This document shows, piece by piece, positions 26,004-42,150 of a DNA stretch of 64,000 nucleotides (within the stretch, counting starts at the first letter, position 1; each line of letters starts with the position of its first letter). Below the pieces are notes generated by a model. That model was not told the DNA's origin. It made no database searches and saw only the letters and a list, made by a program, of their open reading frames with translations. This DNA is from Octopus sinensis (lineage: Eukaryota). The translations under genes were made by a program, and so were the position numbers. The stretch lies in contig NW_021835462.1 in the NCBI RefSeq assembly GCF_006345805.1, positions 14,920 to 78,919 of the forward strand, given 5' to 3'.

Positions 26004-26389
26004 TATATATATATATATATATATAGCCGAAATTACTACGATGATCCGGTCTTGACTGAAGACTGAGGGGTTCGAATGTCCTGTCCATGTTTATTGTATC
26101 GTCTTCTATGAGTTATACGTTCTTGTCCATGTTGTATTTTTCTACATACTTAACATATATACTTATATATATATATATATATATATATACCATAGCCTGA
26201 CAAACGATGCTGCTGTGTGTTTACGTCCTCGTAACGGTTCGGCAAAAGTGACCAATAGAATAAGTACTAGGCTTACAAAGAATAATTCCTGGGGTCAATT
26301 TGTTCGACTAAAAGCAGTGCTCCAGCTTGACTGCATTCAAATGACTGAAACAAATAAATGAATAAAAAAATATATACTTGCATATGTTC

Positions 26390-28690
26390 GTTAGTTAGTT
26401 AGTTTGTTAGTTAGTTAATTTTTTGGCTCAAAAAGCAAATAGCAAGGCCATGTAGGGGGATAAGGAGTTATGTACAGGGTGGTGTTCATGTAAAGAGTTC
26501 AGGCCACTTGTAGTCAAGGGAGACTTTGAACCGAGCGGTCGTCGGCATCTTCACTATCTCGTCCGGCAGCTTATTCCACGGATCCGCAACCCGGGCGGAG
26601 AAAGCCCCTCTCCTTCGATTGAGATGAAATCGTCGCAGATAGAGCTTTTCGGAGTGACCCCGCAGCCGACGCTCTGGAGCAGGAGTGAAGAACAGCTCTT
26701 TTGAGAGGTTACACTTTCCGCTTATGATGTGAGCAAGAATGAGATCACCACGGCGTCGTCGTTTTTCTAGAGAATAAAGGTCGAGCGTCTTCAGCCTTTC
26801 TTCATAAGACAAATGCTTGAGACCAAGAACCATGCGGGTAGCCAGCTTCTGGACTCTTTCGAGATGCTGTATGTCTTTGAGGAGATAAGGAGAAGAGGCT
26901 TGAATCCCGTACTCCAATATGGGTCTCACCAGCGTGACATAGAGCGGTAGGAATATGGCTGCTGCGAGCATTCCGAATGACCGTCGAATCAAGAACAGAA
27001 CCCCGTGTGCTTTGTTGGCAGCATGGACGCACTGGGCCGAGGGCGAAAAGGAAGAATCCACCAAGATCCTTTACCTGATCTCTCCAGCAGCAGACGACTC
27101 GGTTCGAAATCAAGTTGAGTTGCAGGAGGAGAGCCAACAGGCAGATGACGGCACTTTGAAACGTTCAGACACAGGTCCCATTCGTTAGACCATCTCCAAA
27201 TTTGGTGGAGGCATCGACGAAGATCCTCTATATCACCGCGAGGAGCGACTAGTTTGACATCATCGGCAAATAGAAGGGTGTGTTGCATAAGGTCGTCGGG
27301 CAAGTCATTTATGAAGACTAAGAACAATAAGGGCCCAAGCACTGAACCTTGAGGCACGCCACTGCTCGCACTGGAGACGTCGGACAGCGAACCATTAACT
27401 TAGACTTGGAAGGAGCGATCTGAGAGGAAGGCACCAACCCATCGTACAATATCCGGATGGAAGCTATATGCTTGAAGCTTGACAAGTAATAGGCGGTGGT
27501 TTACCGAGTCAAAAGCTTTGGCAAAGTCCAATAAAACGATGTCAACAGCATCACCATCATCGAGGATGCGCGTCACTAATTCTTCCATTACCAGTAAGTT
27601 GGTCAAGCATGATCTCTTCGGCACGAAGCCGTGTTGGGAATCAGAGATAGAGGCTGTGTTTTGGAGGTGGAGCATCATACTTTTCTTAAGGATGGTTTCG
27701 AACATCTTGCTGATTATTGAAGTAAGAGAAACCGGTCGGTAGTTAAGCGAGTCTTCGCGGCTCCCTTTCTTGAAAATTGGGCAGATTATCGATGTTCTCC
27801 AGTCCGCAGGTATAACACCCGTCGCTAATGACATATTGAATAGACGTCGCAGATGACCGGAGCCAACGCTTTGATAACCCGTGGGTGTATGCCGTCGGGG
27901 CCGTAACCCTTGTTGACATCGAAGCCTTGAATAACGCGTTCGACTTCGTCCCGCGTGATGACCAATCTAAGCATTGGAGGTACCGATCTATCAAATGGAG
28001 TGGGGTCACGACCATCATCTTGTTTGAAAATAGTTGATAAAGCCTCGGTAATTAACTGACTCTGTTGGTAAGGGTCCTCAATCGATACGCCTGTTGAGTC
28101 TACCAACGTTGCAATTTGGTTGTTCAAGCGGGAATTCCGTTGGACATGGGCAAAGAAGGTTTTTGGATTGCGACTGGCGTTTGCCGCGATTCTGTATTTA
28201 TATCTGAAGCGTTCTTCTTTTTCAATTTTCACGGCTCGGTCTCGTTGAGTTTTGTACACCTCAAAAGCTGTACTCGAATCTAGATTTTTGAATTCAGCCC
28301 AAGCAATATCTCTGAGTCGAAGTTCTCGTTTAACCTTCTTCGTCACCCAGGGCTTGTGTTCCTTCTTCTTGGGAAGCCCAACGGGAACTGCTTGGTCAGT
28401 CAACCAGATTACATTTGCTTTGAGGGACGACCATAGTTCGTCAACTGAGGACATCGTCATCAGGGATCGCCAGTCCAGAAGCGCGGAAGCCTCGGTTAGA
28501 ATTTCAAGATTAATTGTAGAGAAGACTCTACGTGGCAGCGAAGTAGTCGTGGGCGTAGAAAAAGTTGTGTGCATGTCGAACTTCAGGACCGCATGATCAC
28601 TCTTGGCAAGAGGGGCGCACACAGATAAGCCTGACACTGATCTTGGATAGCAGGTGAGTACCAGATCCAGCATAGATGGCTGCTGCCCAG
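26390..28690 (-). mobile_element. 5'-truncated CR1-group LINE (end of APE, RT, C-terminus) with (TAAC)n tail
   Basis: LDLVLT...SDH (APE), DFAKAFDSVNH, PQGSVLGPLLF, LFADDVKL, RRRGDLI, LRGH; two frameshifts and one in-frame stop. Confidence 0.95.
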
Positions 28691-28811
28691 ACCGATGCCT
28701 TGTCGGATATTCATATGTATATATATCCCGTCTCCCGTATGTATGTATAAATATATACGAATATATACGGATATATATGCATGTGTGGAGAGGATTTAAG
28801 TTTCATATACA

Positions 28812-28901
<90 letters not shown>

Positions 28902-29006
28902 ATGTTATTAAAAATACCATCACAAGTGGTAAGCGAATTATTAGCCGTACAGGCAAATTAATAAAATATATACATACAATATTAGATATGTACATATCTA
29001 ATATTG

Positions 29007-29070
<64 letters not shown>

Positions 29071-29219
29071 TGATATAAGTAGTATCAAGTAATGAAAGAG
29101 ATTTAGATAACACGATTAACAAATAACTGCTTCCGTTTCTATATTGTAATATAACTTACAAATACATCACCCAGGTGGACCACCTGCGAAGTTATTGGTT
29201 GAGGGTAGAACACATTAAT

Positions 29220-29810
29220 AATAATAATAATCCTTTCTACTCCAGGCACAAGGCCAATTTTTTATTGGGGGGCTTGTTAATTACAGCGGCTCCCAGTGTT
29301 TCAATCGTGCTTAATTTATCGACCCCGAAACGATGAAAGGCAAAGTCAACCTCGGCGGAGTTTGAACTCAGAACATAGTGACGGACGAAATACCTATTTC
29401 TTTACTACCCACAGGGGGCTAAACACAGAAGGGACAAACAAGGACAGACAAATGGATTAAGTCGATTATATCGACCCCAGTGCGTAACTGGTACTTGTTT
29501 AATCGACCCCAAAAGGATGAAAGGCAAAGTCGACCTCGGCGGAATTTCAACACAGGACGTAGCGGCAGACGAAATACATATTTCTTTACTACCCACAAGG
29601 GGCTAAACGCAGAGGCGACAAACAAGGACAGATAAACGGATTAAGTCAATTATATCGACCCCAGAACATAACTGGTAATTATTTAATCGACCCCGGAAGG
29701 ATGAAAGGCAAAGTCGACCTTGGCGGAATTTGAACTCAGAACGTAACGGCAAACGAAATACGCCTACGCATTTCGCCCGGCGTGCTAACGTTTCTGCCAG
29801 CTCGCCGCTT
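29220..29810 (-). mobile_element. SINE family B concatemer (one head, three body units, 184-bp period)
   Basis: gaaatac anchors at 29387, 29571 and 29755; last unit ends in a different tail plus (ATT)n. Confidence 0.85.
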
Positions 29811-30294
29811 TATTATTTTGATTATATGATCTTAATGACCAAAAACTGTTATTTTTGTCTTAGTACTGACAAACGTGACGTGTGATCCCTTGACTGTTGC
29901 CATGAAAACAAGTCTATATTATGTTAAAGAAAGCCTTAGAGTTACATTTTCAGACAGTAAATTAATTAATATCAAACGAATATTTGTTGAATCACAACAA
30001 AAGATTTCTTTAGAGATGATACAGATTTTCCGCTCTTAGATTTTATTTCTTGCCCAATTATGTCCAGTTATTAATTCTTTGTTGTTAACTGTCATTTTCA
30101 GTCCCCCCTCTCTCTCCCTCTCTCTCTCTCACTCTCTCTCTCTTCCTCTCTCTCTCCCTCTCTCTCTCTCTCCCACTTTCTCTCTGTCTTTTTTTTTTAA
30201 TTTAGGTATACATCCGCTTGATGCGAAAGAACTTTTGAACATCGGAAAAAATGCTTTGCAGGACTTCATTCCTTTGAAGTTTGTTCTTCATTGA

Positions 30295-30470
30295 AATCCC
30301 GCCAAAATCAACTTTGTCATCCATTGTTTTGAGATCGATGAAATGAAGTACCAGTCAAATATTCGGGTCAATGTAATCGACTGATCTCCCTCCCCTTAAA
30401 ATTGCTGGCTTGCGACGAAATCAGAAACAAATTTTTGTGATTGTAGTCGTAATAATACTGTTAATAAACG

Positions 30471-30529
<59 letters not shown>
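30295..30529 (+). mobile_element. degenerate SINE family B ending in (ATT)n
   Basis: aaatcccgccaaaatcaactttg...aagtaccag...gtcaatgtaatcgact homology, then (ATT)n at 30470-30529. Confidence 0.65.
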
Positions 30530-30531
<2 letters not shown>

Positions 30532-31192
30532 GTTTGACATTTGCTTTGTATTTGTACAAGTTGACTCCAAGTCTCACCCAGAGACCTCAAGCGACAACGA
30601 GTTAGAAGTTCGTGTTGGTGTTATGCCTAGGGTACCATATATTTGGTTTTGTACAAAGACCTGTACATTCTAGAGAATGTTTAAGAAAACATAAGAAAAT
30701 TATAAGTTTGTTTTAAAATTTGAGATTACATAGTCAGTATTTTACGTAGGATATGGGCATTTTTTTTTTATTGTTTGTCATTTTGGGGTTTCCTGGTATC
30801 TGAGTTAGGTAGCAATCAGCCCCTTTTGCTATCATTCCCAGGGCACCTATGACAACAGGTATTGTTTTAGTCTTCAGGTTCCACATTTTGCTGATTTCTA
30901 TTTCAAGATCTTTATATTTGCTCAGTTTTTGGTAGGTCTTGACAGATACGTTTATATCAATTGGGACAGTCATATCAATGAGTAGGCACGTTCTTTGTCT
31001 GAAGTCTTTCAATATGATGTCTGGCCTATTCGCATCTATCTTTCTGTCAGTTTGAATGGTGAATTTCCAGAGGAGTGAGATGTGGTCATTTTCAAGCACT
31101 GGGGGTGGATTGTGTTCCCTCCAGTTTTTTTATGGGGCAAGTCCAGGTTTTTGCAAATTAGCCAGTGAATATATTGTGCAGCTCTATCATGC

Positions 31193-31196
<4 letters not shown>
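30530..31196 (-). mobile_element. 5'-truncated R4/Dong-type LINE inserted in (TAA)n
   Basis: KHDRAAQYIHWLICK and DANRPDIILKD...LIDMTVP.DINV...QKLSKYKDL RLE motif; 3' UTR ends in (TAA)n; both ends abut ATT repeats. Confidence 0.92.
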
Positions 31197-35769
<4,573 letters not shown>

Positions 35770-36246
35770 TAGCTTTATTTTTATAGCGTGCTTTCACTTC
35801 ACTACCGAGCGCAGCTCTGTGTGCCTTGGGTATGTGCTGTGATTTGTTGTGATGCTCTGATGGTTATTGTATGGAAAGTGCTCTGCGTAGGATGTGTGCA
35901 GTGCCTAGTAGTGCAATTTTCTGTATGTTATATGTGTTTGTAAGTCCTGGTGTTTTTGTTATGTATTTGTCTGAATATTTTTTTTTAACATGCCTAATGC
36001 ACCTACTATGATAGGAATTGTTTCTGTTTTCAGATTCCACATTCTAGTTACCTCTATTTCCAGGTCTTTGTATTTTGAGAGTTTCTCCATTTCTTTTAGA
36101 GACACGTTGTCATCTGCCGGTACTGATACATCAATTAGAAAGCATTTTTTTTCTTCATGATCTCTGACAACTATATCTGGTCTGTTGGCCTTATTATTAT
36201 TATTATTATATTATTATTATTTTATTATTATATATTATTATTATTA

Positions 36247-36341
<95 letters not shown>

Positions 36342-36783
36342 TATTATTATTATTATTATTATTATTATCAGTAGCTTTATTTTTATAGCGTGCTTTCACT
36401 TCACTACCGAGCGCAGCTCTGTGTGCCTTGGTATGTGCTGTGATTTGTTGTGATGCTCTGATGGTTATTGTATGGAAAGTGCTCTGCGTAGGATGTGTGC
36501 AGTGCCTAGTAGTGCAATTTTCTGTATGTTATATGTGTTTGTAAGTCCTGGTGTTTTTGTTATGTATTTGTCTGAATATTTTTTTTTAACATGCCTAATG
36601 CACCTACTATGATAGGAATTGTTTCTGTTTTCAGATTCCACATTCTAGTTACCTCTATTTCCAGGTCTTTGTATTTTGAGAGTTTCTCCATTTCTTTTAG
36701 AGACACGTTGTCATCTGCCGGTACTGATACATCAATTAGAAAGCATTTTTTTTCTTCATGGTCTCTGACAACTATATCTGGTC

Positions 36784-36845
<62 letters not shown>

Positions 36846-36919
36846 GATATATTATTATTATTATTATTTTATTATTATATATTATTATTATTATATTATT
36901 ATTATTATTATTATTATTA

Positions 36920-36968
<49 letters not shown>

Positions 36969-37432
36969 TAGCTTTATTTTTATAGCGTGCTTTCACTTCA
37001 CTACCGAGCGCAGCTCTGTGTGCCTTGGTATGTGCTGTGATTTGTTGTGATGCTCTGATGGTTATTGTATGGAAAGTGCTCTGCGTAGGATGTGTGCAGT
37101 GCCTAGTAGTGCAATTTTCTGTATGTTATATGTGTTTGTAAGTCCTGGTGTTTTTGTTATGTATTTGTCTGAATATTTTTTTTAACATGCCTAATGCACC
37201 TACTATGATAGGAATTGTTTCTGTTTTCAGATTCCACATTCTAGTTACCTCTATTTCCAGGTCTTTGTATTTTGAGAGTTTCTCCATTTCTTTTAGAGAC
37301 ACGTTGTCATCTGCCGGTACTGATACATCAATTAGAAAGCATTTTTTTTCTTCATGATCTCTGACAACTATATCTGGTCTGTTGGCCTTATTATTATTAT
37401 TATTATTATTATTATTTATATTATTATTATTA

Positions 37433-37467
<35 letters not shown>

Positions 37468-37605
37468 CATTATTATATTATCATTATTATATCATCATTA
37501 TTATTATCATATTATTATCATCATTATTATTATCATTATTATTATTATCATTATTATTATTATCATTTTATTATTATCATTATTATTATTTCATTATTAT
37601 TATTA

Positions 37606-37636
<31 letters not shown>

Positions 37637-38085
37637 CATTATTATTATTCATTATTATTATTATTAGCTTTATTTTTATAGCGTGCTTTCACTTCACTAC
37701 CGAGCGCAGCTCTGTGTGCCTTGGGTATGTGCTGTGATTTGTTGTGATGCTCTGATGGTTATTGTATGGAAAGTGCTCTGCGTAGGATGTGTGCAGTGCC
37801 TAGTAGTGCAATTTTCTGTATGTTATATGTGTTTGTAAGTCCTGGTGTTTTTGTTATGTATTTGTCTGAATATTTTTTTTTAACATGCCTAATGCACCTA
37901 CTATGATAGGAATTGTTTCTGTTTTCAGATTCCACATTCTAGTTACCTCTATTTCCAGGTCTTTGTATTTTGAGAGTTTCTCCATTTCTTTTAGAGACAC
38001 GTTGTCATCTGCCGGTACTGATACATCAATTAGAAAGCATTTTTTTTCTTCATGATCTCTGACAACTATATCTGGTCTGTTGGCC

Positions 38086-38168
<83 letters not shown>

Positions 38169-38192
38169 TATTATTATTATTATTATTATATA

Positions 38193-38268
<76 letters not shown>

Positions 38269-38689
38269 TAGCTTTATTTTTATAGCGTGCTTTCACTTCA
38301 CTACCGAGCGCAGCTCTGGTGCCTGGGTATGTGCTGTGATTTGTTGTGATGCTCTGATGGTTATTGTATGGAAAGTGCTCTGCGTAGGATGTGTGCAGTG
38401 CCTAGTAGTGCAATTTTCTGTATGTTATATGTGTTTGTAAGTCCTGGTGTTTTTGTTATGTATTTGTCTGAATATTTTTTTTTAACATGCCTAATGCACC
38501 TACTATGATAGGAATTGTTTCTGTTTTCAGATTCCACATTCTAGTTACCTCTATTTCCAGGTCTTTGTATTTTGAGAGTTTCTCCATTTCTTTTAGAGAC
38601 ACGTTGTCATCTGCCGGTACTGATACATCAATTAGAAAGCATTTTTTTTCTTCATGATCTCTGACAACTATATCTGGTCTGTTGGCCTT
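35770..38689 (-). repeat. tandem array of five ~420-bp R4/Dong 3' fragments separated by (ATT)n spacers
   Basis: Copies 35770-36192, 36369-36787, 36966-37389, 37665-38087, 38266-38689; each encodes (K)ANRPDIVVRDHEEKKCFLIDVSVPADDNVSLKEMEKLSKYKDL. Confidence 0.95.
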
Positions 38690-38897
38690 ATTATTATTAT
38701 TATTATTATTATATTATTATTATTATTATTATATTATTATTATATATTATTATTATTATTATTATTATCATTATTATTATATTATTATTATTATTATTAT
38801 TATATTATTATTATTATCATCATTATTATTATTATTATTATTATTTTTATCATCATTATTATCATTATTTTTATCATTATTATTATCATTATTTTTA

Positions 38898-38949
<52 letters not shown>

Positions 38950-39071
38950 CATTATTTTTATCATTATTATTATTATTATTATCATTATTGTTATTATTAT
39001 TATTATCATTATTTTTATCATTATTATTATTATCATTATTATTTTTATCATTATTATTATCATTATTTTGA

Positions 39072-39120
<49 letters not shown>

Positions 39121-39139
39121 CATCATCATCATCATCATT

Positions 39140-39590
39140 ATTACTAAGACGGTGAATTGGTTAGAGCGCCGAGCAAAACGCTTAAAGGCATTTAGTCCGT
39201 CTTTACGTCCTGAGTTCAAATTCTACGGATGTCGACTTTGCTTTTCATCCTTTCGATATCGATAAATTAAGTACCATCGAAACAGTGGGGTCGTTGATGT
39301 AATCGACTTACCCCCCTACCCCGCCCCCAAATTAAAGGGCGTTGTACCTTTAATAGAAACGATTATTACTAAGGTGGTGAACTGGCTGAGTGGTTATGGC
39401 GCCGGGCAAAATGCTTTGAGACATTTGATCTGTCTTTACGTTTTAAGTTCAAATTCCGCCGAGGTCGACTTTACCTTTCATCTTATCGGAGTCGATGAAA
39501 TTAGTACCAGCTGAGCACTGAAGTGAATGTAATCGACCAGACCCCTCCCACCAAATTTCAGACCTTGTCCCTCTAGCGGACAAGGTCGTT
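39140..39590 (+). mobile_element. two adjacent degenerate SINE family B copies
   Basis: Heads at ~39145 and ~39370, each with gagttcaaatt...gtcgactttgc/acctttcatc. Confidence 0.8.
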
Positions 39591-39660
39591 AAAAGAGGTA
39601 CTAGCAGTTGTAGAAGCAGTACTGGAAGGAAACTATTGTAAACTTATGAAAGAATGTTAA

Positions 39661-39882
39661 CCCTTTAGCATTTAAACTGGCCATATCCGGCCAAAAGTAT
39701 TCCGCCGGTTTTATATTCCAACTGGCCAGATCTGGTCTCTCACACCAACCCTACAATATCGTTTTAAAAATTAACAGCCTCCCCCATCAAAATCTCATAG
39801 CTACAAGATAATACATGATTAGTCCAAAACAATGTGGATAAAAAAGCATCGATTTTGGCAGAATAATGCGAACACTAAAGGG
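39661..39882. mobile_element. piggyBac-like MITE (222 bp)
   Basis: TTAA|CCCTTTAG ... CTAAAGGG|TTAA: TTAA target duplication and CCCT-initiated TIR. Confidence 0.8.
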
Positions 39883-39934
39883 TTAATGGTTTTAGTGTCT
39901 TCGGGGTTCACTACATTAAGCATCGAACAGCTGG

Positions 39935-40255
39935 CGCTCCGTCGGTTACGACGATGAGCGTTCCATTTGATCTAATCAACGAAACATCCTGCTCGTGTAA
40001 TCAACCTGAAGGTGGCTGGGGCACCCTGCAGACACGCGTATCCTTAACGTAGTTCTCAGAGGGATTCAGTGTGTCACAGAACGTGCTACAGCTGGTCCTT
40101 TGAATAAATAGGCACCACTCATTTTTGCCAGCCGAGTGGCCTGGGGTGGCATGAAATAAAGTGGGTTACTCAAGGATACAATGCGCTGCCAGAGATCGAA
40201 CACGTAGCCTTACGATTGTGAGTCGAATACCCGAACCACTAAGCCATTCTGCATC
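39935..40255 (-). mobile_element. tRNA-derived SINE (second head type, cgtcgtaaccgacggag tail)
   Basis: Tail matches 45460-45640; head matches the 7052 type. Confidence 0.8.
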
Positions 40256-40267
40256 TTCACACACAAA

Positions 40268-40705
40268 TATGTATGAGTGTGTATGTATGTATTTATGTAT
40301 GTATGTGTGTGTGTATGTATGCATGTATGTATGTGTGTGTGAATGTATGTATGTATGTATTTATGTATGTATGTATGTATGTATTTATGTATGTATGTAT
40401 GTATTTATGTATGTATGTATGTATGTGTGTGTATGTATGTATGTATGTGTGAATGTATGTATGTATGTATTTATGTATGTATGTATGTATGTATTTATGT
40501 ATGTATGTATGTGTATGTATGTATGTATGTATGTATTTATATATGTATGTACGGATGTACGTATGTATGTATGTATGTATGCATGTATGCACGTATGTAT
40601 GAATGTATGTATGTGTGTATGTATTTATGTATATATGTATGTGTATGTGTGCGTGTGTGCATGCATTCATGTATGTATCTATGTCGTTATGCATGTGTGC
40701 ATGTG
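40268..40705. repeat. (TATG)n microsatellite
   Basis: Direct inspection. Confidence 0.9.
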
Positions 40706-41059
40706 TGTACAGATAGCTATGTAATGAATATACGTTTAGTATTAATTTACGTCTCACAGGCGGTGTGCAGAAAGAATCGCTATCACGCCGGACGAAAATT
40801 CTTCGTGACATTTTCTCTCTGGCATTACACTCTGAGTTCAAATCCTTTCCAATATACCTGTCATCCTTTCGGTGACAATAAATCAAAAACAGCCAAATCG
40901 AAGCAATCCCCTACCACAATTCTCTACAACTGTTGGTCTCCTGCCAAAATTTGAAAATCCCAGTTTGCTCATCTGTTATGTTAGCTAACTGCCTCTCTAT
41001 ATGGTTGTTTGTCTGTGTGTCTCTAGCTAACAGCCCATTCACCTGTCTGTCTACTTAGC

Positions 41060-41624
41060 TAATTATCTGTCTATGTATCTGTCTCCCCACGAAATTTCTT
41101 GAAATCCGCCATTTAACATTTTCTGCATTAAATGTCATCGGTAATATACATTTCAAGATGAATTTACCTGTAAGAATAACATGTATTTTAGCAAAACGCA
41201 ACATTTTCAAACACTTTAATAGCAATAAATTACCAGGTAACTCGTATTTTATTTCAGGTGGGCTTGAACTCACGTAAAATCAGACCATTTTGGAGATCGA
41301 TTAAATGACGTAACGGTTCGCCAAACGAAATCGATAAAATGACTTAACGGTTCGACAAACGAGATCGATAAAATGACCTAGCGGTTCGCAAAACGAGATC
41401 GATAAAATCACATAACGGTTTGACATTCGAGATCGATAAAATGAACTGGCAGTTCGCCAAACAAGATCGATAAAATGACTTAGCGCTTCGACAAACGTTA
41501 TCGATAAAATGGAATAGCGGTTCGCCATACGAGATCGATAAAATGACTTAGCGCTTCGACAAACGTTATCGATAAAATGAATAGCGGTTCGCCAAGACCG
41601 AGTCAAACCCGGCTTAGCTGCTAG
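41060..41624 (+). mobile_element. Helitron-like element with internal 34-bp minisatellite (~9 copies, 41295-41595)
   Basis: Unit gatcgataaaatgacttagcggttcgacaaacga; 3' end gaccgagtcaaacccgg...CTAG|T at 41621-41625; 5' boundary approximate. Confidence 0.7.
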
Positions 41625-41687
41625 TATATACATATATAATATATATATATATATAGATATATATATTATATATATATATATATATAT

Positions 41688-41739
<52 letters not shown>

Positions 41740-41773
41740 TATATATATATATTTATACAAATATATTTATATG

Positions 41774-41851
<78 letters not shown>

Positions 41852-41854
41852 ATA

Positions 41855-41982
<128 letters not shown>

Positions 41983-41994
41983 TAATCCAAACAA

Positions 41995-42150
41995 GAATGT
42001 ACAAAAAAACACAACGCGAGGACGTGGAACATATATAGTATTATTGGACGCTCAGGAAAGAAGGCAAGAAGAGGGCTTAACGTTTCGAGCGGAGCTCTTC
42101 GTCGGAAACATAGGAGAAGGAAAGATCCAGAGAAGGGAAGACAGAGGAAA
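41995..42150 (-). mobile_element. short Penelope-derived element with degenerate hammerhead (42075-42110)
   Basis: Reverse complement tgttt-CCGACGA-a-GAGC tcc GCTC-GAAA-CGTT-aagc; homologous to 47820-47965. Confidence 0.6.

Noticed and set aside
26050-26090. CTGAAGA...ttcgaatgtc as a hammerhead
   Set aside because: No credible stem I or stem II, and GAAA is missing.
35770-38689. CRISPR-like repeat-spacer appearance
   Set aside because: Repeats are 420-bp LINE fragments, spacers are microsatellite, there are no cas genes, and the context is eukaryotic.
41295-41595. 34-bp array as CRISPR
   Set aside because: The variable halves are homologous to each other, so there are no unique spacers; it is a minisatellite.
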